From the NCBI GenBank assembly GCA_020137815.1, contig CM035357.1, positions 2,976,001-3,040,000 of the forward strand: 64,000 bases of DNA. The letters run 5' to 3'. Position 1 is the first letter of the stretch. Every line of letters begins with the position of its first letter. Positions 28,501 through 39,836 of this stretch are shown piece by piece. The translations under genes and the position numbers were made by a program. The stretch is from Hormiphora californensis. Lineage: Eukaryota > Animalia > Ctenophora. The notes beneath the pieces were generated by a model. That model had not been told where the DNA came from and ran no database searches. It worked only from the letters and a program-made list of their open reading frames with translations.

Positions 28501-30781
28501 ATAAACTGTGACAGTCAAGGGACAATAAAGACCCTAGACTCCACGACATGCAGATCAAAAACCACGATAAAGACTATCAAAAATCTGAACACCCTAGCCA
28601 TATTCAACGATGTCATGATTAGATGGATCCCGGCCCATCAAGGGTACGATGGAAACGAAATAGCAGACATCTTGGCAAAAAGGGGTGCTCAGGAAATCGA
28701 AGAAGTTACTCTCATACCAATTCCCAAAGCGGCAGCCTATGCAGCCCTCAGGGAGAAGGTTAAAACCGGACCCATCAAACAAACCAAACATATGGACATG
28801 ATGTGGACCGAAAGATATGAGAGAGCTCTTCAAAAACTTAATAGAACAGACCTAAGGGCGGCGACACACCTACTCACAGGGCATTGCCACCTTAACTACC
28901 ACATGAAAAAATTAAAAAAAGTCGAGACCACAACCTGTGCAGCATGTGGGATGGAAGACGAGACAATAAAGCATGTACTTACTGAATGCCCCGCCCTTTG
29001 GAAACTCCGACAGGAATCCTTTGACAGGCTGGGCCTCAGCATGTACGAAATTAGACACCATCAACCCCTTAGAAAAACGATCTCGTTCTATAAGAAGGCG
29101 ATGGAGATACTTCACCCCCCTGAAACCACCCCTTAAAGGGAGGTTTCCCCTGTGACCTGGTATGGCACCAGCTCCCCAAGTCTCCTTGGGCCGAAGCAGT
29201 TGGCAACATACCAGCCACACCACCCAGGACGGGGAACGGGAGCCTCATGGCACCCACCCCTTACTGGCTAGTGCTTCGCACTAGCCAGCGTCCTCCCAGA
29301 AGAAGAAGAAGAAGATCATTTACACACACTTTGAATGTAACATAGGAGTAATAATAAACAGCCAGCCAGTGGGAAATAATCTGCCGCTGGACTGGCTGTA
29401 TATTGAGAGCGCGCCAGTGGGACTTCTCGCCACTGGCGGGTTATTTAAGTTAGCAGGGTATATATGAGGTATAAACTCTGGCCACTGGCGCGTTATTTCA
29501 GATAACTTTCTCCCAGCGCGCCGCTGGGAGAAGTTAGCTGAAGTTTATCCGCCGCTGGCGGATAAACTGGTTTAAATCACGACGACGATCCCGAGGCGGA
29601 GCCGAGGGAGAGGCGGAGGGGTTTAAACCTATAACGTGCCAGTGGTCAGAGTTTATAGGTTATATACCCTGCTTTAGTTGTTTATTTCAAGTATTACACA
29701 CCAACAAGAGAGAGAACACTAATCAAAACACTCAAAGAGGACTGAGAAATAGTTAAAACACCTCACAATTGAGTGTACACTGTTTGGTAACAGTTACTAA
29801 GCAGTTGCTAAGGAAAGAAATAGCCTGATAAGGGGCATGTCACACATAACACAGAGGAAGAGATAGTGAGACAAAAGGGGAGATAAAGAGAGAGTAATTG
29901 ACGGAATGTGTCCTTTCTTTCTCTCCAATGTAGTGTGTAAGTGTTGCACATAGTGTTCCCTCTGTATTTTAGTAAGAACTGATCATTTACACACACTTTG
30001 AATGTTCAAAATAAATAACCTGCCAGTGGGAAATAATCTGCCGCTGGACTGGCTGTTTATTGAGAGCGCGCTAGTGGGACTGGCGGGTTATTTAAGTTAG
30101 CAGGGTATATAACAGTATAACTATTACAGTCGGGGCTTCACCGCCATGTTTCTCGAGATGCTCTAAAGAGAAGAATCTGAGAAATAAAATGAACACAAAA
30201 AATATAATTTGGCTCTATAGAACAGGACAAATATATTTTTGAGACGGTTAACTGATTCAAACGTACGACGAGACGCATCTCGCCGACACTTTTTATTTTT
30301 CAAAACCCGTTTTATGCACTATGCAAAAGGCACAAAGGTTGTAAGTTGAAATACAGTTAAATGGTTTGTATGACTTTTTCTTTTTCCCTCACATCATATT
30401 TTAGGCGTGGCCTTGCTTGAAACACATCGAATAAGGGCACGGACAAATTGAGTAATTCTTTTCATTTGCACGACCCTGTTTCCCGCGACCGCCCAAAATG
30501 TAAATGATGATCAGAACAAGTTTTAACCAGCTCCTATACTTCAGACACCCATCTGCCAGCATTTGCGTGTTTTTGCCTTATTGGCCACAGGGGCGCTGGT
30601 AAGGGTAATCTCACGACCCTATTTTAACCCTCCTCAATATATTTCAGACGACTATCTGCCAGTACAATATCGATGTAACGGAACCAGAGGAACTTGAGGA
30701 TAACTGTGATCTGGTTCTCTGTTTCAAGGACCTGAATTTAGATGATGGTGACTTCATCAAGATAAACCACAAAGATCTCCA

Positions 30782-30858
<77 letters not shown>

Positions 30859-32430
30859 GAGAGAGAGAGAGGGGGGAGCTTGATTACTTTTCCATTGCGA
30901 CGTGTGATTTGGTAATCTATATGCTTCAAGTTCATGGTGGGTCAGGGTGACTTCATCATATAATATCCAATTATCTGAACTGTCCTGTCAAGTGAAACAT
31001 GGGTGGCAATTTCGTAGTCGTCCTCGCACCTTAATTGGGAACTCTTTTCGTAGATCACGTGACAGATCACACAAAGTCGGGGGATTTGATCACACTAATT
31101 GGCAATTTAATTTCTAAATTAAGAAATCATAACGTAATTGGTAATCGTGGCTGTCTGGCGGCGCCAGACCCCAATTTGATTCTCAACGCGACAGTGTGCT
31201 CAGATGGGGTCGCGGCGCCAGACAGAATCGTGGGGGGTATTCAATACCGTATTGGTTTTAAGTAGTGGCTGAAGTGATTGCATCGATTTATAATTAGATC
31301 TCTAAATTAAGAAATCATATTCATAACGTAATCTCATTCGATTCCCGACTTCGACAAAAAACATGATGAAAACTATATCAACGTCGTATATTCCCACCAC
31401 ACCCTCAAGTTTAAAACAAAAATAGCCCTCCTTAAAAAGTATAATCGTGGTTACCAAGATAGTATTTACGCCCGTGTCGCGCCACTGAACAAGATAACAC
31501 CTCTCAGGTGACGTATGGCGGTGACAACCTACCTAACTACCCCCTGAGAATCTGGGATCATAAGGTAACCATGACAACTAAACATGCTACGTAACCATGA
31601 CAACTAAACATGCTACGTAACCATGACAACTAAACATGCTTCTTAACTATGCCTCTGACACTGACAGTGACTGGAACAGTGCGGTTTTTCAAAAAATAAT
31701 TGTGACTGTTTCAGTTCCAGCTATTTTTTCCATGCCACGCAGGCTGTTGTTCGCATAAAGTGTGGACAGTATCATGTCAAAGCTACCCTCAGATTTTCTT
31801 TTCATGCCCTGTTTTTTCACTAAAATTGAAAATCTCCTTGTAAAACTTAAAACTGAGAGTTAGTTATGTTTATTTCCCCATTGACGATCAAACGTAAATG
31901 TCAAACAAAGTTTCAAACCTTCTACATACCACCGACTCCTCTCTTCTCCATGTTTGGATATTTCCCCATTTCCCTATTCCATGTCAGAATTGAAGCAGTG
32001 CAATTATTTCATCTTTCCGTACCTTCGTCACCTGACATCATACTTGACACATATTACTAGTTCAGCCGAAACTGCTAAATTTCATAATCCATCGTCATTT
32101 TAATCAGGTCAGTTTTTGGTTTTCTAGCGACTCTTACGACAGGAAAGATGAGGCGAAGTGGGCACTAAGCTACGTTTGTCTTGAGCGGGGAGTGGATCAT
32201 GATCTGTGCAACATCTGCGACGGTATATGATTCCTTATGCAATTTTTATCTTATCTGTTCATCCGATCAATCTACTGGAGTGCGGTCAAATTAAACTTGA
32301 CCCAATGTGAATAGTATTACTGTTCATTTTAATTGCTCCCCGTAAAATATACACATAGTGATAGAATTAGATATGACTTTATACGCAACGAATATTACAA
32401 ATATTCTATACTCAACCCACAGGTCTATAA
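22502..32430 (+). CDS. Small secreted single-CUB-domain protein, paralog B (~160 aa)
   Basis: Exons 22502-22524, 22722-22790, 23115-23197, 30648-30782, 31508-31564, 32108-32222 and 32423-32430: MMSSALFCALVIVFAPIIS..., FCCYYFHNESVSMFSHEYHTHYNPTTICQYNI...CDLVLCF...VSFWFSSD...KWALSYVC...CNICDGL*. Aligns by eye with paralog A. Confidence 0.8.
24464..29313 (+). mobile_element. Apparently full-length non-LTR retrotransposon, LOA/Lian-type
   Basis: 14-bp TSD GATCATTTACACAC (24450-63 and 29314-27); (AGA)n 3' tail; empty site visible in the tandem copy at ~29981; single intact ORF. Confidence 0.92.
25009..29136 (+). CDS. APE endonuclease - reverse transcriptase - RNase H - CCHC zinc knuckle polyprotein
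   Basis: QINLHKS, AQEP, GSDTNAH, SDH (APE); GCPQGGILSP, GFADD (RT); HTDGSK, WIPAHQGYDGNEIAD (RNase H); CAAC..ETIKHVLTEC. Confidence 0.95.
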   Translation: MENYINFTNHLSEDSHYPYLPQIARGLSATPHRAPIPGGPSREHPLSGEHPPLHEGTSPCKTGLSPVREADLLNDGDSGSVATGKGQKSQIAAPNSAGGIQMTLRKEGTGRSNTARGAQDNLPPPPQKEGQQSLGPPPGPSAAKKISKNIRVTQINLHKSHEAWDDIITCNQTRSQIILAQEPPIIGKTSKVRASGGFSALYDKRAQRPRASILINSNLGRNVFLLDKFTDRDTVTILVKLGTKSVILCSMYMDRELECPPKLLGELAAHAKRNNLKLVIGSDTNAHNTSWGALVKDPIGKKRGDALLEAIVDLDLHVSNVNCPHTFNNGTRKNVLDLTMTNNHALDMIQDWQTVEGKCRSDHVPITFVLRDMDGSKIRSFYNIKKTNWALYRQLVEKGLEETGLTEMVISNAEELETANEKLIELMLWAYYKCTPKTYVSAHSKDPPWLSGEVKAAREEMFDKLRHAQTTKVRQDWDSAKTARNKYTKTKNQSKFKNWKIWAEDLDAYSDAQKVSQVLKNSKDYNLSCIFDANGELSQSPKETLQIMAEVHFGEDHSTRPSLKDKTEAPEGEWSDEKTFSKTRIIKALREFKPLTAAGPDGIRPIMMQKVADIIAEPFAKIAKASYSLGVTPKSWQEAEAIYLPKPGKDDYRMPKSYRTITLASNLHKLMERLILWHIEVDQKVHKKLNKSQYGFRRGVSTETALHKVVRKLEGTLMHKGIALGTFLDIEGAFDNVAFQAMERALHAKLRDKRTAVWITYMISNREITTNLMEESLTIRATRGCPQGGILSPFLWNLVMDDLLNHSKKNIPGELKGFADDLCHIVATTMPSGRNGPSADILPLRDATQKGLNSINAWCKTVGLKLSALKSHVVIFTHRKNVKIGNPIKIQGNPIKVSESTKFLGITLDSKLNWNEHVNKQIKKAKNILMQCRKVVGPTWGLNPKTALWIYTAIVRPTLCYGAMVWANAMRTKTNKENMIRVQRLALKMVTGAMPSTPSTALDTITNTAPITDHLRYCAAKTAYTLMATGEWEGPIKSDLKTPKVFTSHANTVSRDLRTLEAEGRFHDLTTPELTLDREFSLEIPERETFLEDGDKYTIVAHTDGSKINNNAGAGYIIHSGETELARNSYNLGPEGTVPAAEMYAIQQTAQYLLDRGTANERILINCDSQGTIKTLDSTTCRSKTTIKTIKNLNTLAIFNDVMIRWIPAHQGYDGNEIADILAKRGAQEIEEVTLIPIPKAAAYAALREKVKTGPIKQTKHMDMMWTERYERALQKLNRTDLRAATHLLTGHCHLNYHMKKLKKVETTTCAACGMEDETIKHVLTECPALWKLRQESFDRLGLSMYEIRHHQPLRKTISFYKKAMEILHPPETTP
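31565..31641. repeat. 26-bp repeat (three copies) starting exactly at a splice donor (GTAACCATGACAACTAAACATGCTAC)
   Basis: Directly follows the CUB-B exon ending at 31564. Confidence 0.85.
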
Positions 32431-33377
32431 GAGACCTCACGAGTACTCGTTATAGTGAGGGATAGATAGATAGATAGAGACAGAGATAGAGATAGAGAGA
32501 GGGACGGAGAGGAAGATAGAAAGACTATTGGAGAAAAAGAAAGATATATGGAATATAGAGAATTCTCGAGTTCTCTCCCTCTCTCTATCATTATCTCTAT
32601 CTCTCACTCACTCATTCTCACTCACTCTCACTCTCACTCCCCCCTCTCCTATCACACTTTTTCTCGCATGTCTTTCATTCGTGACACGTGTACGCCCCTT
32701 ATAGACCTTCTGATTGCAATATTGCTCAAATCTCCCCTCTTTCTTCCTGCCATCTTCTCAACCTGTATTCCTTTCTTTTTCTCAGAGCTGAACGAAAGAG
32801 CCGTTTTACCAGAGGACGAAACAGAGAACTGGTACAGGATCTGGTCCTAGAAATCTGGCTGTTATTTGATCTTAAACTGAACGATAAATCTTTAGTAGAA
32901 GCTGTAATACTTTTAGATGTACTAATTGTTGTTTCAAGTCAGAATATTGTTAGTGATTTTGTTCCTTTTGCAGTATCCGTTCGTAGCATGTACAAAATGC
33001 AGCTTTGAAACCCCGTAACTCGAGTACTATTTTCGTTCCCAAGTAAATTCCAATTCCATCAGATAATGGGCCAAAAAAAAGGTAATCATCGTTTAATCGA
33101 CTAAAATGGAGAGGAGAAATTGGGGGAGATCGATCGGGGGGTAGAGGGGGGGGGGGTGTATAATAACGCGTGATGTGTCCTGTCAGCTCAACCTCCCACT
33201 ATTATATAGTTTGAGCAGCTCTCTTGCGTTGCTCAGCTCATTACTTTATCCATTTACATATTATAAATGAGTTCAATCCTGAAATTTAGTTCCCGATATC
33301 AGTGTATATAGTAGCTACATCAGCCCAGTTTGTAAATATATATTCCATCGTGGAATCCATCCAGCTCAGACTGTTCC

Positions 33378-33454
33378 CTGATTGGCTGATAACCAGTCAC
33401 GTGACCTAAATAACGAGTTCTGATTGGTTGTTTACTTGGTTCGGTCGGTTCCTG
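33378..33454 (-). mobile_element. Truncated hAT-like MITE flanked by a 28-bp duplication
   Basis: GTGGAATCCATCCAGCTCAGACTGTTCC at 33350-77 and 33455-82. Confidence 0.8.
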
Positions 33455-34459
33455 GTGGAATCCATCCAGCTCAGACTGTTCCGCTTGGCGAGGGACGCAG
33501 CTATTACTGCACATCTGCACATGTATGCTTTAGAGAAAGCAGACACATACTATACTGATTTACTAATGGATGCCTTAACTTTTTGATAGAGCCAGCTTTG
33601 TCGACATATGTGTACCTGTTTTATAGCTTACGCTCCAGTTACAAATTGGAAACTGACGCCAGTTTCCAGCTGGGAGACTCCTGACATGGGTGATTGTAGT
33701 AAGAATACGGCATCGGTTCGACACAGTGTCAGTTCAACACGGTTAGACGACGCACAAACGGGACCAATCAACGTGCTATATGACGTGCTGACCAACAGCA
33801 CTTTTAACAGCTTTTTGACAAAATCACTCGCGTGTTATGCAAAGTCCGTGCCATTACCGTATCTCCACTACAAGCAGGTCACTGATATGTACCTGTTTTT
33901 ATAGCTTGTATGTACCGAATATATCCCCCGGCAGCATCCCTCGTCCTCTCTCTCCTGCAGTATATTCTTGACAGTATTGCAGTATTCTTGACATATATGG
34001 GATGGCATTTAAAAAAACCAGATAACCTCTGACAAATTGGGATTCGAACCCCTTGGATCTCTCCGTTCTGTTTCCTCCCCGGGGTAAAGATACATGTAAT
34101 TGCAAGATGGAATTACCCTTCACCCCTGATAAATCAGTGCAGGGACTCCCCGCATGTTCAATATAATTCGTGGGCGGCCAGGTATCACTGGGTTATATAT
34201 AAAAATATATGCACGTTATATTTACTAGGTTATCATTATTATTTGAGGGGTGGGGAGACTTGATAGTGCATGGTTGTCGAGGGTGACATGATGAGGGCGA
34301 AGAACGAGGGGGTTTATTTCATGCGTTTATTATTTAGTGCGTTATGAAAGTTTGTTTTCTATTTTTTTACCCATACAAATCATAAATGAACGGAAGTCGA
34401 CGGAGGCTCAATTTGACGGTTTTAATCATATCGATCATAACGAGAAGTTTCCGAGAATG

Positions 34460-35002
34460 TTGGCCACATTGATGCCTGAGTGAGATCGAGGTCGCGCAGC
34501 GACCGAGATCGATCTCACATCTAGGCCTCCGGCGCGTTATTGATTTTAGAGCAAACTTTTTCAAAGACCTGGCTGCAAGGAACTGCTGAACCGATTTGCA
34601 TCTCGTTTGTTGCTCCTGGCAGATAATTGTCTCTAGTTTTACGGAAAATACCCGCGAATATCAGCATTTGAGGAATAGTGGGTCAAAATTGACACTAAAC
34701 ATGAGCAATTCTTTAAAGACCTGGCTGCAAGCTCCTACTCGGTCCTGGGACAATCTGCGGGTACTGGGGGAATCGTCATGGCCTTGTGAGTATGGGAAAA
34801 TACCCGCCGATTCATCACGATGCGAAATGAGGCCACAATTGACCTTTGAGTAGTGCTAGGTCAGCTAAAAAGGTCTCCAAAAACGGTCTATTACGCGCGA
34901 TTTGTTGAAAACGTGCTTTATTTCGCGCGCACGTGAGTTCTTGCTCTCAACGGACCGGGATCCTATTATTCGCGGAGCGAGAATAGGATGCGATGGATCC
35001 AA
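34460..35002 (+). mobile_element. 543-bp non-autonomous element with TTGG...CCAA ends and 9-bp TSD (Mutator-like), copy 1
   Basis: TSD CCGAGAATG at 34451-59 and 35003-11. Confidence 0.88.
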
Positions 35003-35511
35003 CCGAGAATGTAACACCTGTATGGTTACCATATGGTTACCATGGTAACCAATAATTTGATTGCCTTTTTTTAATGAATCTTTGAGCTGCCCTCATAATA
35101 TTCTTTCTCAACGACCGCCAATCTTCTTTATTACACGTTTGAAAGAGCTGGATCGCGATCGTTCTACAATTAGATAATATCCAATCATTATGCTTTGGTT
35201 TTTGGAATATTATATATCATCTTCGTTACACGTGGTACCCCTCACCATATATTCTTAAATCACGTAATATACGAGTTTAAAGTTTCTTTTTCTTTCATCT
35301 AAAAGTACAGATTGACATTTGAAAGGCCGCTTTCTTCTGTAGAATTTTTTTTCCACAACTGTCGAGACTCACTTGATTGAATAGTGCCTCTCTTGGTTTT
35401 TATATGAAATCAGCCCAATTTTGAACATTGCTTTTCTTGGTTTTTATATCAAATCGGCCCAGATGAGTCTTAACCAAGCCCCCTCCTTTAAAGCGAATAT
35501 CCCGCAACAAC

Positions 35512-38229
35512 ATGGAAGAACAAGTTGTAATGGTTTGTGTGATGGCGATGATCTCCACATTTGGTGTTGTAGCTAATTCAACTGCACTCGTTACCTTACT
35601 CCTTGGATTTGTCAAGAGGAAAACCTTTACTAAACCCTTCGCTCTCTTCCTCATGCTATCCTTGACAGGTAGGAAATAGGAATGGAAGGGAAAGAAGGGT
35701 AGGGGATAGTAGATTGGTCACATTGATACCTGAGTGAGATCGAGGTCGCGCAGCGACCGAGATCGATCTCACATACAGGTCTCCGGCCTGTTATTGATTT
35801 TAGAGCAAACTTTTTCAAAGACCTGGCTGCAAGGAACTACTGAACCGATTTGCATCTCGTTTGTTGCTCCTGGCAGATAATTATCTCTAGTTTTACGGAA
35901 AATACCCGCGAGTATCAGCATTTGAGGAATAGTGGGTCAAAATTGACCCTAAACATGAGCAATTCTTAAAAGACCTGGCTGCAAGCTCCTACTCGGACCT
36001 GAGACAATCTGCGGGTACTGGGTGAATCGTCATGGCCTTGTGAGTATGGGAAAATACCCGCCGATTCATCACGATGCGAAATGAGGCGATAATTGACAAT
36101 TGAGTAGTGCTAGGTCAGCTAAAAAGGTCTCCAAAAACGGTCTGTCACGCGCGATCTGCTGAAAACGTGCTTTATATCGCGCGCACGTGAGTTCTTGCTC
36201 TCAACGGACCGGGATCCTATTATTCGCGGAGCGAGAATAGGATGCGATGGATCCAAATAGTAGAGGGAAGGGGATAGAAGAGAGAGAGTATTAATTATTG
36301 AGTGGGAGACAGCTGTAAGTGGGAATCTGATGAAAAGCCTTCTATAATAGAAGGTTTTCTCGGAGAAAGCTCTAGAAATCTCCTTCTTCGGATCGATATT
36401 TCGTAGAACTTAATTAAAATTGTTCGTCGACTGAATAGAAGTTGATTATCATGACGATATGAGACACTAGCAAGTAGGAAGGGGATAGAAGAGAGAGAGT
36501 ATTAATTATTGAGTGGGAGACAGCTGTAAGTGGGAATCTGATGAAAAGCCTTCTATAATAGAAGGTTTTCTCGGAGAAAGCTCTAGAAATCTCCTTCTTC
36601 GGATCGATATTTCGTAGAACTTAATTAAAATTGTTCGTCGACTGAATAGAAGTTGATTATCATGACGATATGAGACACTAGCAACCATCAGTTTCTTGAC
36701 ATGTTCTCTACCCAGGATCTAACCCCCCTCCCTCTGTTCTCTACCCAGGATCTAACTCCCTCCCCTCTCTTTCAGATCTGTTTCACTCCCTGGCTATCAG
36801 TACACCCAGCACCTTTGCTCTCTACTTTGGGAAATCAGCTCTCGGTTCTTTCTGCCACTCTCACGCGGTTATATCCAGGTAACTAGCAGGAACCGACCGA
36901 ATTAAGTAAACAACCAATCAGAACTCGTTATTTAGGTCACGTGACTGGTTATCAGCCAATCAGGGACCAGTATTTCCTGATTCGGTCGGTTCCTGGTAAC
37001 TAGGATTGTTCCGTTCCACAGAAAGCAGTTACCTCGTTCCATTCCACATAGACAGCTTGCTCTAAATTTAAGTAGAAGTTACCTCGTAACATGTTAAAGC
37101 ATGAAATTTAACGATTTTCACTCTCCAGGTGGTTACTTTACCTACAATCCATTCTCCTGGTCACGATCGGGATAGATCGAGCCTACCTTTCCTTTCGACC
37201 ACTCCGGTACAAGAAGCACGGGAACCCCAAATGGATCATTATATTCACTGCAATCAGTAAGTTCAATTACTAAGTGAATCAATTATGTACTAATCAATTA
37301 CTAATTGAATCAATCAGCTAACATAAACAGGCCTTGCGTATTATCTAGGGTAAACTAAGCTAACCATTTTATTTATTAACTGCCTAAACTTTATCAAAGT
37401 TTTATAACTTATTCAACTTTCTGTGTTCAACTTTCTAAATTGATCTAACCTATAACCTCTTCTTTCAGGTGTAATTCTTACGGGCTTCCTATCCCTACCA
37501 AAACTCTTCCTCCAAGTCTTCCAATTCGCCCCAAGTCTGGGCCAGTGTATCCTAGTGGGCTACAAAAACCCCAGCTCCGCATCTGCCCTTGCCATTAACA
37601 TCATGGATAAAGTCTTTGGGTTTTTCTGCATGCTGCTCCTTGTATTTTGCAACATCATCCTCATTGTCACAAACCGGACAGCTCGACCGGGAAGGAGGCA
37701 TTCGAGGAGGAACAGTGCAAACAAACTCACCCTAGTGGCCATATCGGTCATGTTGGTCTTTATCGGATCAATCCTGCCCTACTACCTCATGAAGTTGATC
37801 TTCTTCCTCCGACCGAGCCTGTTCGTTCAGCCTCTGGGGGATCACATCCGTCGAGCGGTGATCAGCTCCTATGTCATGATGCACATTAGCAGCATGATTA
37901 ACCCTGTTTTGTATGTCCTTCAAGGATGTAACAGCAGCACCATTAGAGCTCTCAAGATATCCGTATCCTTTGGAGCGGTGTTTGATACTCGAGTACCTAA
38001 CGCGGGGGACAACCGACGGGCAAGTTCCATAGTGTTCTCGAATAACATTAACAAGCTCAGGGAGTTGAGATCCAGTACTAATTTTGGATCGGTGAACAAT
38101 TTGTGTAGCAATGACACTCCCATTCAGTCGAGAAAGAGCACAGATACCACCGAGACAACTGGAGCTATTATTACACAACTGAGAAAGGACAGTATCGAAC
38201 AATTTAAAGTCATTGAAGATGACGAATAA
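35512..38229 (+). CDS. Rhodopsin-like (class A) GPCR, orphan
   Basis: Exons 35512-35668 (TM1 GVVAN, TM2 LSLTD), 36776-36878, 37129-37256 (IGIDRAY...PLRY) and 37469-38229 (TM5-7, ILPYY, INPVLY, Ser/Thr-rich tail). Confidence 0.88.
35714..36256 (+). mobile_element. 543-bp element, copy 2 (GPCR intron 1)
   Basis: Highly similar to 34460-35002; TSD ATAGTAGA at 35706-13 and 36257-64. Confidence 0.88.
36266..36684. repeat. 211-bp direct tandem duplication
   Basis: 36266-36476 is repeated at 36477-36684. Confidence 0.9.
36887..36995 (+). mobile_element. hAT-like MITE with 8-bp TSD
   Basis: TIR CAGGAACCGACCGAA / TTCGGTCGGTTCCTG; TSD GTAACTAG, which includes the intron donor GT. Confidence 0.9.
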
Positions 38230-38408
38230 ATGTTGAGATGAATGCTGCTTATTTTGTCAGATATGTGATCTAAATTTACTTCGATCAATGAAAATTTATT
38301 TGGTTTTGATTTTTCTAGCTTCTAAATCTTTAAAGTACGGGGTACCTGGTTCATCAAAAGGCCGCGGTTCGACTTTACCATAAGTGTCGGTAAGGCACGT
38401 GCTTGCAT

Positions 38409-38657
<249 letters not shown>

Positions 38658-39292
38658 CTGTGTAAGTGTGATGCTAGAGCTGGTGTAAGCGGCTCAGGTC
38701 AGTGTTGAATATCTGGTACACGGACTATCACAGTGCGAGCCATTCACTTTTCTTTTCTCACAAATCATGTCCTTCCTTCCGTTATCGTGGTCCTTACCAG
38801 CCCTTCTCATCCTATCAGCCTTTCTGGGGTAAGTAGCTGCCAGAGCATTAGCGGAGCGCAGTCAGAGCATTGGCCTTCCTGGGGTAAGTACTGTCAGGGC
38901 ATTAGCGGAGCACGGGAGAACTGTGGTCAGAGCATTGGCCTGACAGAGGTAAGTAGCTCTGAACTCCAACCTCTAGGATTGATCTTCAGGCGTCCTTCAC
39001 GTGCTGGCCAATGCATGTTGTGGATTATCAACAGCTCTAGGATTGGTCTTCGGGGTGAGCAGAGCTCCCTTGGGATGACGACTAATGATCACAATGATTT
39101 CTCCAAAAAATATTTCGTCCTTATACCTTTTGATCCATTTGATGGTCTTCAATCCCGTTGTCATCCAAGGGGCATCCAAGTGTACAGTTGCATATATTCT
39201 AGTGTAGTTTTAGTAGAAGCAATTAATTTATTTTATCCCTCTGGATAGAACATCTGGGTCGTACATTTGTCTGGGATAGCGAGGTGTAAGAT

Positions 39293-39836
39293 TTGGCTCC
39301 AATGCAACCTATTCTCGCTCCGCGAAGAATAGGCTCCCGGCCCGTGGACAGCAAGAACTCACGTGCGCGCGATGTAAAGCACGTTTTTCAGCAAATCCCG
39401 CGCGACAGACTGTTTTGGGAGACCTTTTTAGCTGACCTAGCACTACTCAAACGTCAATTACCGCCTCATTTCGCATCGTGATGAATCGGCGGGTATTTTC
39501 CCATGCTCACAGGGCCATGACGATTCTCCCAGTACCCGCAGATTGTCCCAGGACCGAGTAGGAGCTTGCAGCCAGGTCTTTAAAGAATTGCCCATGTTTA
39601 GAGTCAATTTTGACCCACTATTCCTCAAATGCTGATACTCGCGGGTATTTTCCGTAAAACTAGAGACAATTACCTGCCAGGAGCAACAAACGAGATGCAA
39701 ATCGGTTCAGTAGTTCCTTGCAGCCAGGTCTTTGAAAAAGTTTGCTCTAAAATCAATAACGGGCCGGAGGCCTAGATGTGAGATCGATCTCGGTCGCTGC
39801 GCGACCTCGATCTCACTCAGGCATCAATGTGGCCAA
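39293..39836 (-). mobile_element. 543-bp element, copy 3 (inverted)
   Basis: TSD GTGTAAGAT at 39284-92 and 39837-45. Confidence 0.88.

Larger units (their letters stand above)
23932..30110. mobile_element. Two tandem copies of a ~648-bp hairpin-rich non-autonomous element; copy 1 is split by the LINE
   Basis: Copy 1 = 23932-24463 plus 29328-29462; copy 2 = 29463-30110. Internal inverted repeats ATAAACTCTGGCCACTGGC...GCCAGTGGTCAGAGTTTAT and TATACCCTGCT...AGCAGGGTATA. Confidence 0.75.

Noticed and set aside
25079-29257. Numerous antisense ORFs over the LINE ORF (also 58432-60397)
   Set aside because: Shadow frames of the long reverse-transcriptase ORFs, with no motifs of their own.
34035-34065. 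GGTTCGAATCCC B-box on the minus strand (tRNA or SINE)
   Set aside because: No cloverleaf or A-box could be built.
37555-38229. GPCR as a possible opsin
   Set aside because: The position equivalent to the retinal-binding Lys, six residues before NPxxY, is His (MMHISSMINPVLY).
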